Source of the DNA: Schizosaccharomyces osmophilus
Taxonomy: Eukaryota
Direction: 5' to 3'
Assembly (NCBI RefSeq): GCF_027921745.1
Contig: NC_079238.1
Span: 3,224,001-3,288,000 of the forward strand
DNA length: 64,000 bases
Both the position numbers and the translations under genes were made by a program. Below the pieces are notes generated by a model. That model was not told where the DNA came from, searched no databases, and saw only the letters and a list, made by a program, of their open reading frames with translations. Numbering within the stretch: the first letter of the stretch is position 1; the number at the start of each line of letters is the position of its first letter. Below, piece by piece: positions 27,846-39,606 of this stretch.

Positions 27846-28540
27846 GAAATGTTGAAACAGGTAGGCACGAGGTTGTTGGTGAACGACAAGAACGTCAGTT
27901 GGAGGAAGGTTGGAAGCGGTGGATATAAAAAAGCCAGCGCTGATTTGCCTTTTAGTTCACCGAAGTTGACCGATAGCCTAATTTCAACCGGTAAGCACAC
28001 CCATAATTCCGCACCTTTCGGAAACGTCGGTCAACATTACCGACTGAATTGACCGATGCTACACAGTGGCATATAAAGAAACTCTTGAAAGTACGATCTC
28101 AAATGAATACGAAGAGAGTAAATAACTTGATTGTTATTACTAATTAATAAAACATGCAAAAGATTTTGAAGTAACCAACAAAACTACCAAATGTTACCAC
28201 ATAAATAATAATACTACGGAGTATAATATCCTGAATGGATGTAAACAAATCATACATCAATAGAAAACTCCTGCGAAGAGTAATTGAACTAGTATTCATT
28301 ACTTTATGTTTTTTATTTTTGGATTTATTTGAAATAACTGCTGAGTTGAGAGACATACCTACAATCGTTTTTCCCCAAGTGTAAAAACAAATGTAAATAA
28401 ACTATTTATAACGCTTGAAGCATTGAAACGTTAACTTCCACCCACATTATTACCGAATGTGAATTATGTATATCGGTAAAAAGTTGTTTTCAGTCCGTGT
28501 TGTTTGGTAACTGTCTATAGGCATAAGTATCATGGTATTT

Positions 28541-29041
28541 TTAACTACGGATAGGAATAGGAGGCCAATACTTCGTAGCGACAGCTGTGAATTTCTGAAA
28601 CGAATTATCAAGGATTTGCTCTAATTCGAGTATATCATGACAAGAATACCCGTACAATGTTTGGTACGAGTCTAATGACAAGGATTGTTGCAGCGGCATT
28701 GGTACGTGAGGTTCACTCTCGGGTACGGACGCTGCAACACTCGTTTGTTCAAATGCCTTTGTTGCCTTTTCTTTTTCTTGCATAAATTGTTCTTTTTCCC
28801 TCTTCCATTTGAGTTCTCGTACTTCAGATTCTCGAAAATACGATATCTGTTCGTCCGTTAATGTTCGAATGGTTCCATCCGGATACCTTTCTATAGAAGG
28901 CAATTTAGAGTTTTTATTGTATGTAGATGACACATCCAAATCAGCTGGAGATTGAAGAAACGCGTTTTCCCAACATTGGATGGCTACGTTTCCGAAGTGC
29001 TCATCATGAAATTTCCGTAAATCTTCTTCTGTAAGAGACAT
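28541..29041 (-). CDS. Conserved fungal protein of unknown function (SPBC16H5.15-like)
   Basis: Intact 166-aa ATG ORF with the motif YPDGTIRTLTDEQISYFRESE; syntenic position. Confidence 0.78.
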   Translation of the reverse strand: MSLTEEDLRKFHDEHFGNVAIQCWENAFLQSPADLDVSSTYNKNSKLPSIERYPDGTIRTLTDEQISYFRESEVRELKWKREKEQFMQEKEKATKAFEQTSVAASVPESEPHVPMPLQQSLSLDSYQTLYGYSCHDILELEQILDNSFQKFTAVATKYWPPIPIRS

Positions 29042-29452
29042 ACAGTTAATTCAAGGGTATTGAATCAAGTCCCTTTGTTTCGCAGACAAAAACTTCTTTT
29101 CTCATTGTTGAACATACATGGCTCGATCATGCTTATTTAACTTAGGATCATATCCTCGTGTAACTAGTATGTTTCTGTCTTGTAGTCATATGCTTATACA
29201 CCCAAATATTATATCATATAATTATAGCGTTCGTCGCAACCACTCCAATTTACACACAGAAAAGAATATTTCGAGCAATGTGCTGTTCAGCTTGACTTTT
29301 TTAACAATTATATTTACGCGTAAAAGTAGTTTTTCTATTCTGTAAAAGCACAAATCATTTTCAATTGGGCCATCAACATCCTTATTGCTATAATAATAGT
29401 AACTTGATTTGTACATACGTGATTCTCAATCTAGGAAGGACACAGGAAGAAA

Positions 29453-31042
29453 ATGGCCGTACGTTGAAAAAAAAAATATTCATATAGAATGTATTTTTAA
29501 CACAACTTATAGACATTAACTAATTTGGAGCCATTCGCTACGTAAGTTTTTTTGTTCTCATTCGGCAATCCGTGCTGGTTTACCCTTTGCTTTTTTTCCT
29601 TTTTCTCTATAAAGTTCTGGATAGGCTAACAGAAGAATAGAGGACGGTTAGTTTTTAAAACCACTCGTGGTGATATTCAGTTGGAGTTATGGTGCAAAGA
29701 AGCGCCGAAAGCTTGCAGAAATTTTTTACAGTTATGCATGGAAGGGTAAGACAAATGCCATCTTGTGAAGTAAGACTAACATAAAATTATATTCAGGTAC
29801 TACGATAATACTATTTTTCATCGCGTTGTTCCAAACTTTTTGATCCAAGGAGGAGATCCAACCGGCACGGGAATGGGAGGTCAATCCATATACGAAGACG
29901 CGTTTCCCATCGAGACACATCCTAGATTACGATTCATGAGACGTGGATTATTGGGAATGGCGAGCGCAGAAGACGAAGGAAATCAGTCTCAGTTTTTTAT
30001 TACGCTAGGCCCGACGCCAGAATTAAACGGAAAGCAAACGCTTTTTGGAAGAGTTGTTGGTGAAACAATATACAACGTAGTGAGAATTTCTGAATTGGAA
30101 CTCGATGCTGACGAACGACCTCTCTACCCTCCAAAGATTCTTTCCGCTGAAATCATAGATCCCTTTTTTACGGATCTCAAACCACGTAGTACGAAAGAAG
30201 ATCGTGAACGATTAGCAAAGCAGTTTGCGTTAGAAGAAAAGAGAAAAGAGAAATCTGAGCTGTTAAAAAAGGGTGTACGCAACAAAACTGTTTTGAGCTT
30301 TGGAGACGAGCTCGATATGCCTATTCCTAAGAAGCCCCTTCGTAAAAATCCAATAGTCGAACAGAAGAAACAAAAAGAGTCAGAAGATAAACCCGTTCAG
30401 CCTTTATTAGATAATTCCAACTCAGAAGCTTCTTTTATACCTCCCCCGAGGATTTCCACTCAGATTAAGTCTGAGGTACCTGCTGAAAAGCCACTTGGTC
30501 CTTCCCGTTTTGGTACTTCTGATTCATCCAAACCAGATTTGCAAAAAGAAATTTCGACCCTAAAAGCCGAAATCAATTCAATGAATAGCTCACCCGTTCC
30601 CGTACAAAAGCCAGAAGAAAATCAAAAGAAAAGAAACGCTTTGGCAGAGGAGCTTGAGAACTATAAAAGCTCAAAGAAGGTTTTAACAGGGAAGCGCAAA
30701 AAGTTGACAGCGAATGAAGATCTAACTCTTTCAATGCTGTCAAAATTTCAAGCAAAAATCAAAAATGTTGAGACTCAAGACAGCGTTACAGAGTCCCAAG
30801 AAGTAAACGTGGAGGAGCCTTGCGGATTACATAGTGTTCCAGGTTGTTATTCATGTTTCGACCGTCTTGGAGAAACTAACGCTTCGAACGAAGAAAATGG
30901 TAACTGGTTCGCTCATACTCTCGTTGCAAAGAGAGATCCTGCGAACAGAACAGAGGATTTGAGGAAACAACGAGAAGAAGAATTCAAAGACGTTTCTACA
31001 CCGGTGGATGTCAAGAAAGAAAGAAAAACAAAATTACGGTAA
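29453..31042 (+). CDS. cyp7: Spliceosomal cyclophilin Cyp7/Cwc27 (3 introns; first coding exon only ATGGCC)
   Basis: Spliced start MATLTNLEPFATGRLVFKTTRGDIQLELWCKEAPKACRNFLQLCMEGYYDNTIFHRVVPNFLIQGGDPTGTG; charged C-terminal tail. Confidence 0.92.
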
Positions 31043-31140
31043 AGCCTTAGACAAGTAATTGTGGAAAAGAACGGCATAGCTTTCGGGATTTATTCTAATA
31101 GATATTTATGAGATATGTTAATTAAGGAAAGGATTATACC

Positions 31141-31144
<4 letters not shown>

Positions 31145-31173
<29 letters not shown>
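31145..31173. repeat. (TA)14 microsatellite between convergent cyp7 and snd3
   Basis: Read directly. Confidence 0.95.
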
Positions 31174-31176
<3 letters not shown>

Positions 31177-31264
31177 TAGAAAGAAAAATAAAAGAGGCGG
31201 CTACAATAACAAAAACAACAATGTGAATCAACCATCTTTGGCAATCGAATAAAATGGGAGATTA

Positions 31265-31982
31265 TTAAGTGGCTTTCAACTTTGTCAATTCGGCATCATC
31301 AACGCTTCTTTTGTCAGTCAAAACTTGTCCATAGCTTGCCAATAATCCTGCGGACTTGAAAGGACGCTTAAGGTCATCAGTAGCAGGTTTATTGAGAATA
31401 TGAATTTTCATTTCGCTTTCATCAAGGAAGCCTCGGATGGCTGAGACAAGTTGGAACAATAAGGGAGGAGCGTAACCCATATATAAATGCATAAACATTG
31501 TCGTGCCGATGGTTACGAGCATTTGTTTAAAGCTAGTTAAGAGTTGATTAAGATCGTATTCACGAACTGTCGTAGCAATAAATTTTGCATGTTCGCGCCC
31601 TGAAATTGGAGTGGCCGGCTCAACATATTTCATTACAGATAAGTCTATACACATACCGGTTAGTGGATAAAACAAAAGCGGCGGCTGGTTACAATTCACC
31701 TAGAACGAACTGAACCCAAAGGAATTACTAGCTTACCATTCTTTTTCTGGATGATGGTTTTTGTATAGTAAAACAAACCGATCTGCAGCAATGTTACAAG
31801 TGCATAAGCAATGCGCAAGGGCAACAGTAAGTATGGTTTTGAAAAGTCTATGACTTTTGTGAGTGACATCAAAGCACCTGTGATCGCTATAGATTTGACC
31901 TTTCCGAGTAAGTAAACATATACCTCAACTAAACTAGTCTTACCTGAGGATTTTTCTTTATTGTTTCTATAACAGAGTTCAT
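31265..31982 (-). CDS. Pho88/Snd3 family ER targeting protein (3 exons; SPBC16H5.04-like)
   Basis: Spliced MNSVIETIKKNPQ-VKSIAITG...KKND-LSVMKYVEP, TTVREYD, FMHLYMGY, LKRPFK. Introns 31943-31900 and 31736-31645. Confidence 0.88.
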
Positions 31983-32013
31983 CTTTTGTTATTCGTTGTT
32001 GGTGAAGCAAAAG

Positions 32014-32040
32014 TCAGTCGCTTGAATTTCAAGCGACTGA
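32014..32040. repeat. Palindrome with 13-bp perfect arms and 1-nt spacer in divergent promoter
   Basis: TCAGTCGCTTGAA-T-TTCAAGCGACTGA. Confidence 0.9.
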
Positions 32041-32451
32041 AGCTTATTATATTATGAAAGGATACATCATCTTAAGGGTTAAATATCATTTCTTAGAAAT
32101 CCCTTTAGAAAATATTTTATGATAAGAAGTTTGATCATCTTAGTTGAATATGTATCGATCCTCAAACAACATGAATCGTACTCCTAAATAAAACAACATA
32201 ATAATATTAGTAACAATAAATATTGAGGACGTTTTTAGATAGCTTGTTGTTTACCAAGGTAGGGCATGCTTTCAAGTTACGCTCGTTTCGTAGTCTGTCA
32301 TATGGAGATACCACTCCTAACGTGTAAACAATAAGAAACCATTAAAGAAACAATAAAGGAATCATTCCCAAGGCTTATTATATAGTTTCAGGAAATTTAT
32401 TTTATTTGAACGTTGCTTCAGTAGTCATTTATTGTCGCGTCGACATTTATT

Positions 32452-34443
32452 ATGAGCAAGATCTCCAACAAAGTAGGCTTCGGTGAAGCCATCAAAAGGT
32501 TCCAGGAGAGTAAGGTACTGAGTTGAAGATTGTCTATTTCTGATAAGCTAATTCCTTTCAAAGGTACTTCTCGTAGGTGCAGGCGGCATTGGCTGTGAAT
32601 TATTGAAGAATCTGTTGATGTCTAATGTGAAAGAAATTTGTATTATTGATTTAGATACTATAGATCTATCGAACTTGAATCGGCAGTTTCTATTTCGGAA
32701 ACATCATGTGAAGCAAGCCAAGGCAATAGTAGCTATGAAAACAGCTCAGTCCTTCAATCCGAATGTGAAAATAGAGGCAATCCAAGCGAATATCAAGGAG
32801 CCCCGATTCAATATTTCTTGGTTTCGCCAATTTGGTATTGTTTTCAATGCGCTAGACAATTTGGATGCCAGGCGTCACGTTAATAAACTATGCCTCCTTG
32901 CTAATGTTCCACTTGTGGAAAGCGGTACTACAGGATTTCTTGGTCAAGTTCAAGTCATTATTCATGGGGAAACAGAATGCTACGATTGTAATCCTAAACA
33001 GCAACCAAAGGTCTATCCAGTATGTACAATCCGAAGTACGCCTAGCCAACCAATTCACTGTATCGTGTGGGCAAAGAGCTATTTCTTTCCACAACTGTTC
33101 GGTGATAATGAAGAAAATGATGAAGGGATACAAAATATTGCTCAAAACGAAGCACAAAAGAAAGAGATAGAAGAGTTGGCACGTGAAACAAGAGAGCTTG
33201 CTGAACTTAGAAACTCCCTCGTAACTGACTCAAACGCTTTTGAAAAGATTTTTGATAAAATATATCATAGAGATATCGCTCGACTTAGAGACGTGCCTGA
33301 TATGTGGGCTTATCGTGCTCCTCCTACGGTTTTAGACATTGATGATTTAGGTCAGAAAGCCGGTCATTTAAGTTCTCCTTGGCTGGATGAACAAAAAATC
33401 TGGACTCTGGAGGAAAACTTTTCCGTCCTAAAATCTTCTATTCAACGTCTTTCGCAAAGGCTGAAGCATTTTGCCAGTGAAGGCTTATCATTCGATAAAG
33501 ATGATAAAGACACCATGGACTTTGTGGCTGCTTCTGCAAACCTAAGAGCGTATTCTTTTGGTATTGAGCAACATTCTGAGTTTGACATAAAGCAAATGGC
33601 CGGGAATATAATTCCTGCGATTGCTACCACAAACGCCGTTATAGCTGGGCTCTGTGTTACTGAAGCGCTTAAAGTATATCAAAATGATAGCGATGAACTC
33701 AAAAACGTAAGTGTTTAATGCTCTTTATGCCTGGTTCCTTGCCATTTCGATTTGCTTACACTTTTCTTTAGGTATTTATGGCGAAAAGAGCCGACCGTGT
33801 TTTTCATGGAGAGAAGGTATGCAAGCCTAATCCATATTGCGCTACATGTTCGTTTAAGCATATGAAGTTACCTGTCGATCATAATCGCATGCTTTTAAAG
33901 GACCTTGTCAAACGCATTTTACAGGATGTTTTGCATTATTCTGAGGAAGTTAGCGTCTTAAAAGAAGATCTAATTTATGATGTTGATTTTGAAGATAATT
34001 TTGATTCGACTTTAGCTGATCTTGGAATAAGTGGTGAAAATAATACAGTTCTTACTATTCTGGGTGAAGAAAGAAGATCGGACAATGAGGAAACAACGAA
34101 TTCACAAAATGTATCTCGCATACCTCTTCTTCTTGAAATACTCCCCATGGATAAGCATATAGATACATCGAACACACCCTATCGATTACCTTCCGAGACT
34201 ATAATTATTCCGCTAACACCTGAGCCGTTGCAATCTTCTTCAGACACTGAGACAGAAATGGCTGACACTAAGGGTGTTGATGACATCTTTGAAGTTATGC
34301 CTTCAGAAAACGAAATCATAGATATAGAAGTCATCGAAAGTGAAGACGTGCCCAATTCAGGTTCTCCAAAACTACGGGCTAGTTCATTGAAAAGAAAACC
34401 TTCCATAGATGATGAAACGGAGACAAAAAAAAGCAAAAACTAG
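32452..34443 (+). CDS. uba2: SUMO E1 activating enzyme subunit Uba2/Fub2 (2 introns)
   Basis: [23 protein letters not shown], catalytic [22 protein letters not shown]. Confidence 0.95.
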
Positions 34444-34759
34444 GTAGGACTTTTTGCTAGAATCAATTCTTTTAATAGCCTGAACTTTACATCGTATGCT
34501 AATCTGAACGGTCAGTATTGCTTTATCAAACGAAATTTTGTTTTAATTCACATCTTACATATCTGCGTAATGACCTACGAACTATTGTTATAACAATCAA
34601 AAATATATTTACCATTATAAAAAATGACCTAGTAAATCTAGTCTCATACCTATTTCCAACAAGGTAAAACAAAAGTCTATAGTAGACAACGTGAAAAAAT
34701 AACTCAAGACACCAAAATAAACAAAGCGGTTCATTCTTAGTCATAACTTCAATTTATAT

Positions 34760-37588
34760 TTAAGCAGAGAAAGTTTTGCCAGCCAAAATGTTGACCAACT
34801 CATGCATACCACGCCACCAAGCGTTCTTGGGACGACGTTGCTCAATTTCAGTTTCATTAGACTCGACTTCAGCAACAGGAGTGAAGGTAACACCGGTACC
34901 ACGGATACCAATGACAGCAGCGGAGCCGGTTTCGGATCCCAGGTTGTCTGCACGGCAGTTTTCGAAGAAACGAATGGTACGCATGGCAAGGCGAGCAGCA
35001 CGAGCACGGTCCATAGGAGTAGGGTTACCACCTTGTTGAACGTGACCAGGGATAGCAGTACGAGCGCTAAAGCGGTGCTTAGCTTCTTCGCTGATGATGT
35101 CGCCAATAACATCGGTGGTGTAAACCTTGGAAGCACATTCGTTACGAAGGATAAGTTGACCAGCACGGTTGCGTCCGGCTTCCATGGCGAAAGTTTGCTT
35201 AAGATGATCGATATCGGTACGCAACATATCCAAAGTGATACCATCTTCGGGAGTATAAATGGCAGAAGCACCAGTTATAAGACCACCAACAGTTGCAATG
35301 TAACCAGACTTACCACCTTGAACCTCACATACGAAGACACGGCGACGGCTAGCGCTAGCACTTTGCTTGATGGTATCACAATACTCCATGACGGAGTTAA
35401 GGCAAGTATCACAACCCAAAGAGAATTCGGTACCAGGGACGTTATTAGAGATGGTAGCGGGAATTGTAGCCATGGGAATACGGAAAGAAGGGTAATTAAC
35501 ACGGGCGTGCTCTAATTGAGAGAGAGCAGTAAAAGCTTCAAAACCACCAACAATGATCAAGCCATCGATATTGTGTTGTTGGAATTTGTAGGCACAGTGA
35601 CCCATATCGAGATCTGGGGTATCACGGTTAGTACCGATTTCACTACCACCGCGAATGCACCATTCATCAACGTCGATCCAAGAAAGCTCATGGATAGAGT
35701 CATGACGTAAGAAGCCAGAGAACCCGTTGTCAATAGCAAGAGGAGTGTGACCACGGTTCAAGCAGTAACGAACAGCAGCACGAGTAGCAGAGTTCATACC
35801 ACCAGCGGGAGCACCAACATGGACGATGGCAACACGCATTCTTTCTTCAGGAGCGAGGAAGTTCTTTTCATCTTGAATGAAAGTAGTACCCTCCCAGGTG
35901 TGTAAGTAGTCAGCGAATTCGGGGTCTCTCAAGTCCATAGCAGAGGCAAAGTCCTTCTTTTCAATGGCATCGGCAACCTTGTGAGTTAACTTGACGGCTT
36001 CCATCAAGGGCTTGCGGTTGATCTTGTTACCGTTGATAGCGATCATGGGAGAGGGAGTCTCGGGGGTAGAGGCAAGGACAGCATCGACGGCGTCAACACC
36101 TTGAAGAGTAGCAAGCATACGATCGTAAGCACAGGGGATACCACCACGTTGAACGTGACCGAGGGTGGTAACACGAGTGTCCAAATGAACACGTTCAGAC
36201 AAAAGTTTCTTAATGTCTTCAGCAGAGATGTGGTTGAGTTCAGAGTCGATAGCACCTTCTGCGACAATGATGATAGACTTTCTCTTACCTTCCTTACGGA
36301 AGGCACTCAAAGCATTGCACATCTCGTCCTGCCACTTGCCAACTTGAGCGGGGCGCTCGGGAACGAAGACAAAGTCAGCACCGGTAGCCAAGGCAGCCAA
36401 AACGGCCAACCAACCACAGTGACGACCCATAACCTCGACAACGAAGGCACGGGAGTGAGAAATGGCGGTGGAGGAGATAGAGTCGACGGCTTCGCAGATA
36501 CGGTGAAGGGAAGAGAAGGCACCGATAGTAACATCGGTAGAGGACATATCGTTGTCGATAGAGCCGACCAAACCAACGATGGTAAGGTTACGGTAAAGGT
36601 TAGATTGCTCAGTAGTGATGGCCTTGGTGTCTTCAAGTTCTTGGACCAAACCAGGCCAGTCAGAGCGGAAAAGATCGGCACCGGTTAAGGAACCATCACC
36701 ACCACAGACAATAAGAGAATCGACACCGGCGGTGATCAAGTTCTTGGCGGCACGGAGACGACCAGCACGTTCACGGAAAGCCATACAACGGGCAGTACCA
36801 ATCAAGGTACCACCTTCGGCGAGCCAACCACGGACATCGCCCCATGCCAATTGACGGATCATGTCACCACCTTGGACAAGACCTTCATAACCTTCATAAA
36901 CAGCGAAAGCATCGCAACCACGGTGGATGGCATAGCGAGCGACGGCACGAACGGCGGCGTTCATACCAGGAGCGTCACCACCACTGGTCATGACAGCAAT
37001 CTTCTTCTTGACACCGGGGGCCTTGGTGGTTTGTTTGGTGGCCTTGTTAATGGCGTCGAGAGGGGTAGAGGTACCACTGGACATGTTGGATTGAACGCCC
37101 GACTCAACAGACTTCTTCATGTTAGCATGAGCGAAGGGATTGTAGCGGTCGGAGAAACCGACCAAGTTGCCCAAAGGATCTTCGACGTAAATCTCGTCGG
37201 GTTTCTTTTCATTAGGCAAAGATTGGAACTTGATAGAGTCGGAGGAAAGCTTCTTGACCAATTCAGGCAAGTTGGGATAGTAAAAGACGATAGAGGTCTT
37301 TTGGCCACGCCATTCTGCTTCTTCGGAGACGGGGGAAAGGGAGAACTCACCGGGAACGTAACGAAGCTTCAGAGTGGCAGACTCGCCATCGTTGCTTCCT
37401 CTGACGTGAAGCCAGTCTTCACGGACAGAGTTGTTACAAACGCGAACATTGTGAGTATCGGAAATACCGAAGAAAGCCAACTTTTGGAAACCGAGTTTTT
37501 GATAGAACTTGAGAGTCTCGTCGTATGCACCCTCTGAGGTAGCAACGAGAGAATAGCAAGAAATTCCATGCACAGCGTTTTCACTCAT
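34760..37588 (-). CDS. pfk1: 6-phosphofructokinase
   Basis: [26 protein letters not shown] and duplicated regulatory half; strong codon bias. Confidence 0.98.
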   Translation of the reverse strand: MSENAVHGISCYSLVATSEGAYDETLKFYQKLGFQKLAFFGISDTHNVRVCNNSVREDWLHVRGSNDGESATLKLRYVPGEFSLSPVSEEAEWRGQKTSIVFYYPNLPELVKKLSSDSIKFQSLPNEKKPDEIYVEDPLGNLVGFSDRYNPFAHANMKKSVESGVQSNMSSGTSTPLDAINKATKQTTKAPGVKKKIAVMTSGGDAPGMNAAVRAVARYAIHRGCDAFAVYEGYEGLVQGGDMIRQLAWGDVRGWLAEGGTLIGTARCMAFRERAGRLRAAKNLITAGVDSLIVCGGDGSLTGADLFRSDWPGLVQELEDTKAITTEQSNLYRNLTIVGLVGSIDNDMSSTDVTIGAFSSLHRICEAVDSISSTAISHSRAFVVEVMGRHCGWLAVLAALATGADFVFVPERPAQVGKWQDEMCNALSAFRKEGKRKSIIIVAEGAIDSELNHISAEDIKKLLSERVHLDTRVTTLGHVQRGGIPCAYDRMLATLQGVDAVDAVLASTPETPSPMIAINGNKINRKPLMEAVKLTHKVADAIEKKDFASAMDLRDPEFADYLHTWEGTTFIQDEKNFLAPEERMRVAIVHVGAPAGGMNSATRAAVRYCLNRGHTPLAIDNGFSGFLRHDSIHELSWIDVDEWCIRGGSEIGTNRDTPDLDMGHCAYKFQQHNIDGLIIVGGFEAFTALSQLEHARVNYPSFRIPMATIPATISNNVPGTEFSLGCDTCLNSVMEYCDTIKQSASASRRRVFVCEVQGGKSGYIATVGGLITGASAIYTPEDGITLDMLRTDIDHLKQTFAMEAGRNRAGQLILRNECASKVYTTDVIGDIISEEAKHRFSARTAIPGHVQQGGNPTPMDRARAARLAMRTIRFFENCRADNLGSETGSAAVIGIRGTGVTFTPVAEVESNETEIEQRRPKNAWWRGMHELVNILAGKTFSA

Positions 37589-38959
37589 TTTGCGATGTGA
37601 TATGCTACAATAGTTGGGAATTTCTGTTTCAAAAACTTTGAATGATTTGTTTTATGTGTTTTAGAATTTCAAATGAAAATAATCCTCGTCGTAAAGAAAT
37701 CGTGAGCTTGGTAAAATATATTTTCAACCTGAGCTGTACTGGATGTAGGCAGCTTTTTGAACTTTGATGTAGTGGAAGGAAGAGGTATAAAATACGATGT
37801 ACGCAAATTTTATAATATATGATCAAATCCAAATCCCCGGAATATATTCCTTTGCATTCTCTACATTTTGCAATGTCTTGCCGTTGCTCTGGTAATGATA
37901 TGCTTACGTCGTTCATTTTCCGACAATTCCCGCGCCCGCACATATTTACGTCAAGCATTCGTAATGCATGGTGGAAAAAAAAAAAAAGAGCGACAAGAAG
38001 ATGAATACGTACCTGTACTATGTTGTTGATTCATCCAAGTTTTATGTATAGGATGCGAGTGGTTTTATTTTTCTTAGTCGTTTTTTTTTCAACACAAACA
38101 GAGGATTTTAATGGGTGCGTCGGAAAACGCCCTGCAAGGAACATGCAACATGTCAGACACGCTGATCCTATCTAGGTAACATGATTAGCGTGGATCGTAA
38201 GGAAAAAACGAGGTATCATTCGACAGCGGTAACAAGAAGGGGATAGAAGTCTCGGAAAAACAACAGATTTCTTTTATTTACAAACAAACGCAGTCGACCT
38301 GGTGTCCCAAAATGCAGTAGTACATAACAGTACATAAAATAGTACATTGAAGAGTAAATAGACCGAGTAAATAAATAAAAGAATATTAAAAAGAAAAGAA
38401 ATTTGAAGGATTTCTCTATCTTGCACCTCGTCTGGCAACGTTTTTCCTACTAGCCTTAGCGTTCCTTTGGATTCCGTTTGAGGGATCAGATCTCTCGCAT
38501 TGTTCCTATCATTGATCCATCCCTGCCCATGCTCGGTGTTAACCGATCGAATGTTTAGGTTAGGTAAAGGGACGGGTGGTCGAATAACCGGTCCCGCGTT
38601 TAGGAATATTGACGACTTCAGTAGGGGAAAAGGTTTCTAAAAAAAAAGAAAAAAAAAGAAACGACTCAAAAGAATTTTTAGTTATTCTTCTTTTTCTTTC
38701 ATCAAGAGAAAAAGCTTATGAAATTGCAAACGTCGCCGATAATGTTTTACGATTTCCTACCTTTGCATAGAACGACATCATTTTCTCTATCGACTTCGTT
38801 TACCGTCGATCTCTTACGGTACCTCTCGTATACTTTGAATTCCACCCTCGTTGCATTCTCGTAAATCGTTTCTTTTGCCTTGGTTTGTTTACCCAAAAAA
38901 AATAGGGTATTCCAGCGAGTCTTATCGTCTCCTTTAAAGGGACTCTTCTAGTGTAGTAT

Positions 38960-38969
38960 AGGGTAGGGT
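38960..38969 (+). promoter_or_regulatory. Homol E box (AGGGTAGGGT) in pfk1-sad1 intergenic region
   Basis: Perfect 10/10 match to the fission-yeast Homol E activating element; target gene uncertain. Confidence 0.5.
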
Positions 38970-39186
38970 TAGGTAGTGCAGTGTCTAATAATAGGATTGA
39001 GTAGGTAGGATAGAAAAGATGAGAGTAAGACACTTTTCTTTTCAAACAATGTTAGAAACATTATATGTATCAGTTTATTTTTTTTATTTCATTTGATATT
39101 TTTTTTCTAACTCTTTAACCTAATCAACTTATTTGTTTGCCTATTTATTTAATTTAATTTAATTTTATTCTCTACATTTCTCTCAT

Positions 39187-39248
39187 GTAAATAAACAATA
39201 TAACGCAACGCAACGATCTTTTCATTCCCATTACCCACCAAGTAAACA
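39187..39248 (+). promoter_or_regulatory. Forkhead (GTAAAYA) plus tandem PCB (GCAACG) cluster upstream of sad1
   Basis: GTAAATA 39187, GCAACGCAACG 39205-39215, GTAAACA 39242; typical of M-G1 periodic promoters. Confidence 0.55.
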
Positions 39249-39606
39249 AGAGTAGATGCAGTTTTGCAAACAGGATTCATTTAGGGAAATTTTCGGGGAT
39301 TCATTCTTTTTTGTACTAAATTAATTTATTTGCAAGTAATTCATTGCTCTTGTGTTTTCAAATCCAAAAAGAAATTCTATCGTGGGTTCTTTTCACACCT
39401 TGCTCTTTTTCCTACGTTTGTTTTCATTGCCCACGTCCTAGTCTTTTTTTCTTTCTCTCGTTTTTATTCCTCAGCTATCTTGGTGTACAGCACTCTAGAA
39501 TCCTTCCCAAGAAACGCCGTTTTCGGTTTGTTGACATTTCAACCTTGGTTTCCAAACTTCCTTTCTTTCTCTTCATTAATTCATCTTTACGAATTCCTTT
39601 CACAAA

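Noticed and set aside
29313..29324. TTTACGCGTAAA palindrome containing an MCB (ACGCGT)
   Set aside because: Single site; MBF-regulated promoters usually carry several, and one 12-bp palindrome can occur by chance.
34741..37584. Many long antisense and alternate-frame ORFs over pfk1 (also over the ABCF gene, prp43 and kgd1)
   Set aside because: Expected by-product of strong codon bias in highly expressed genes; no recognisable domains.
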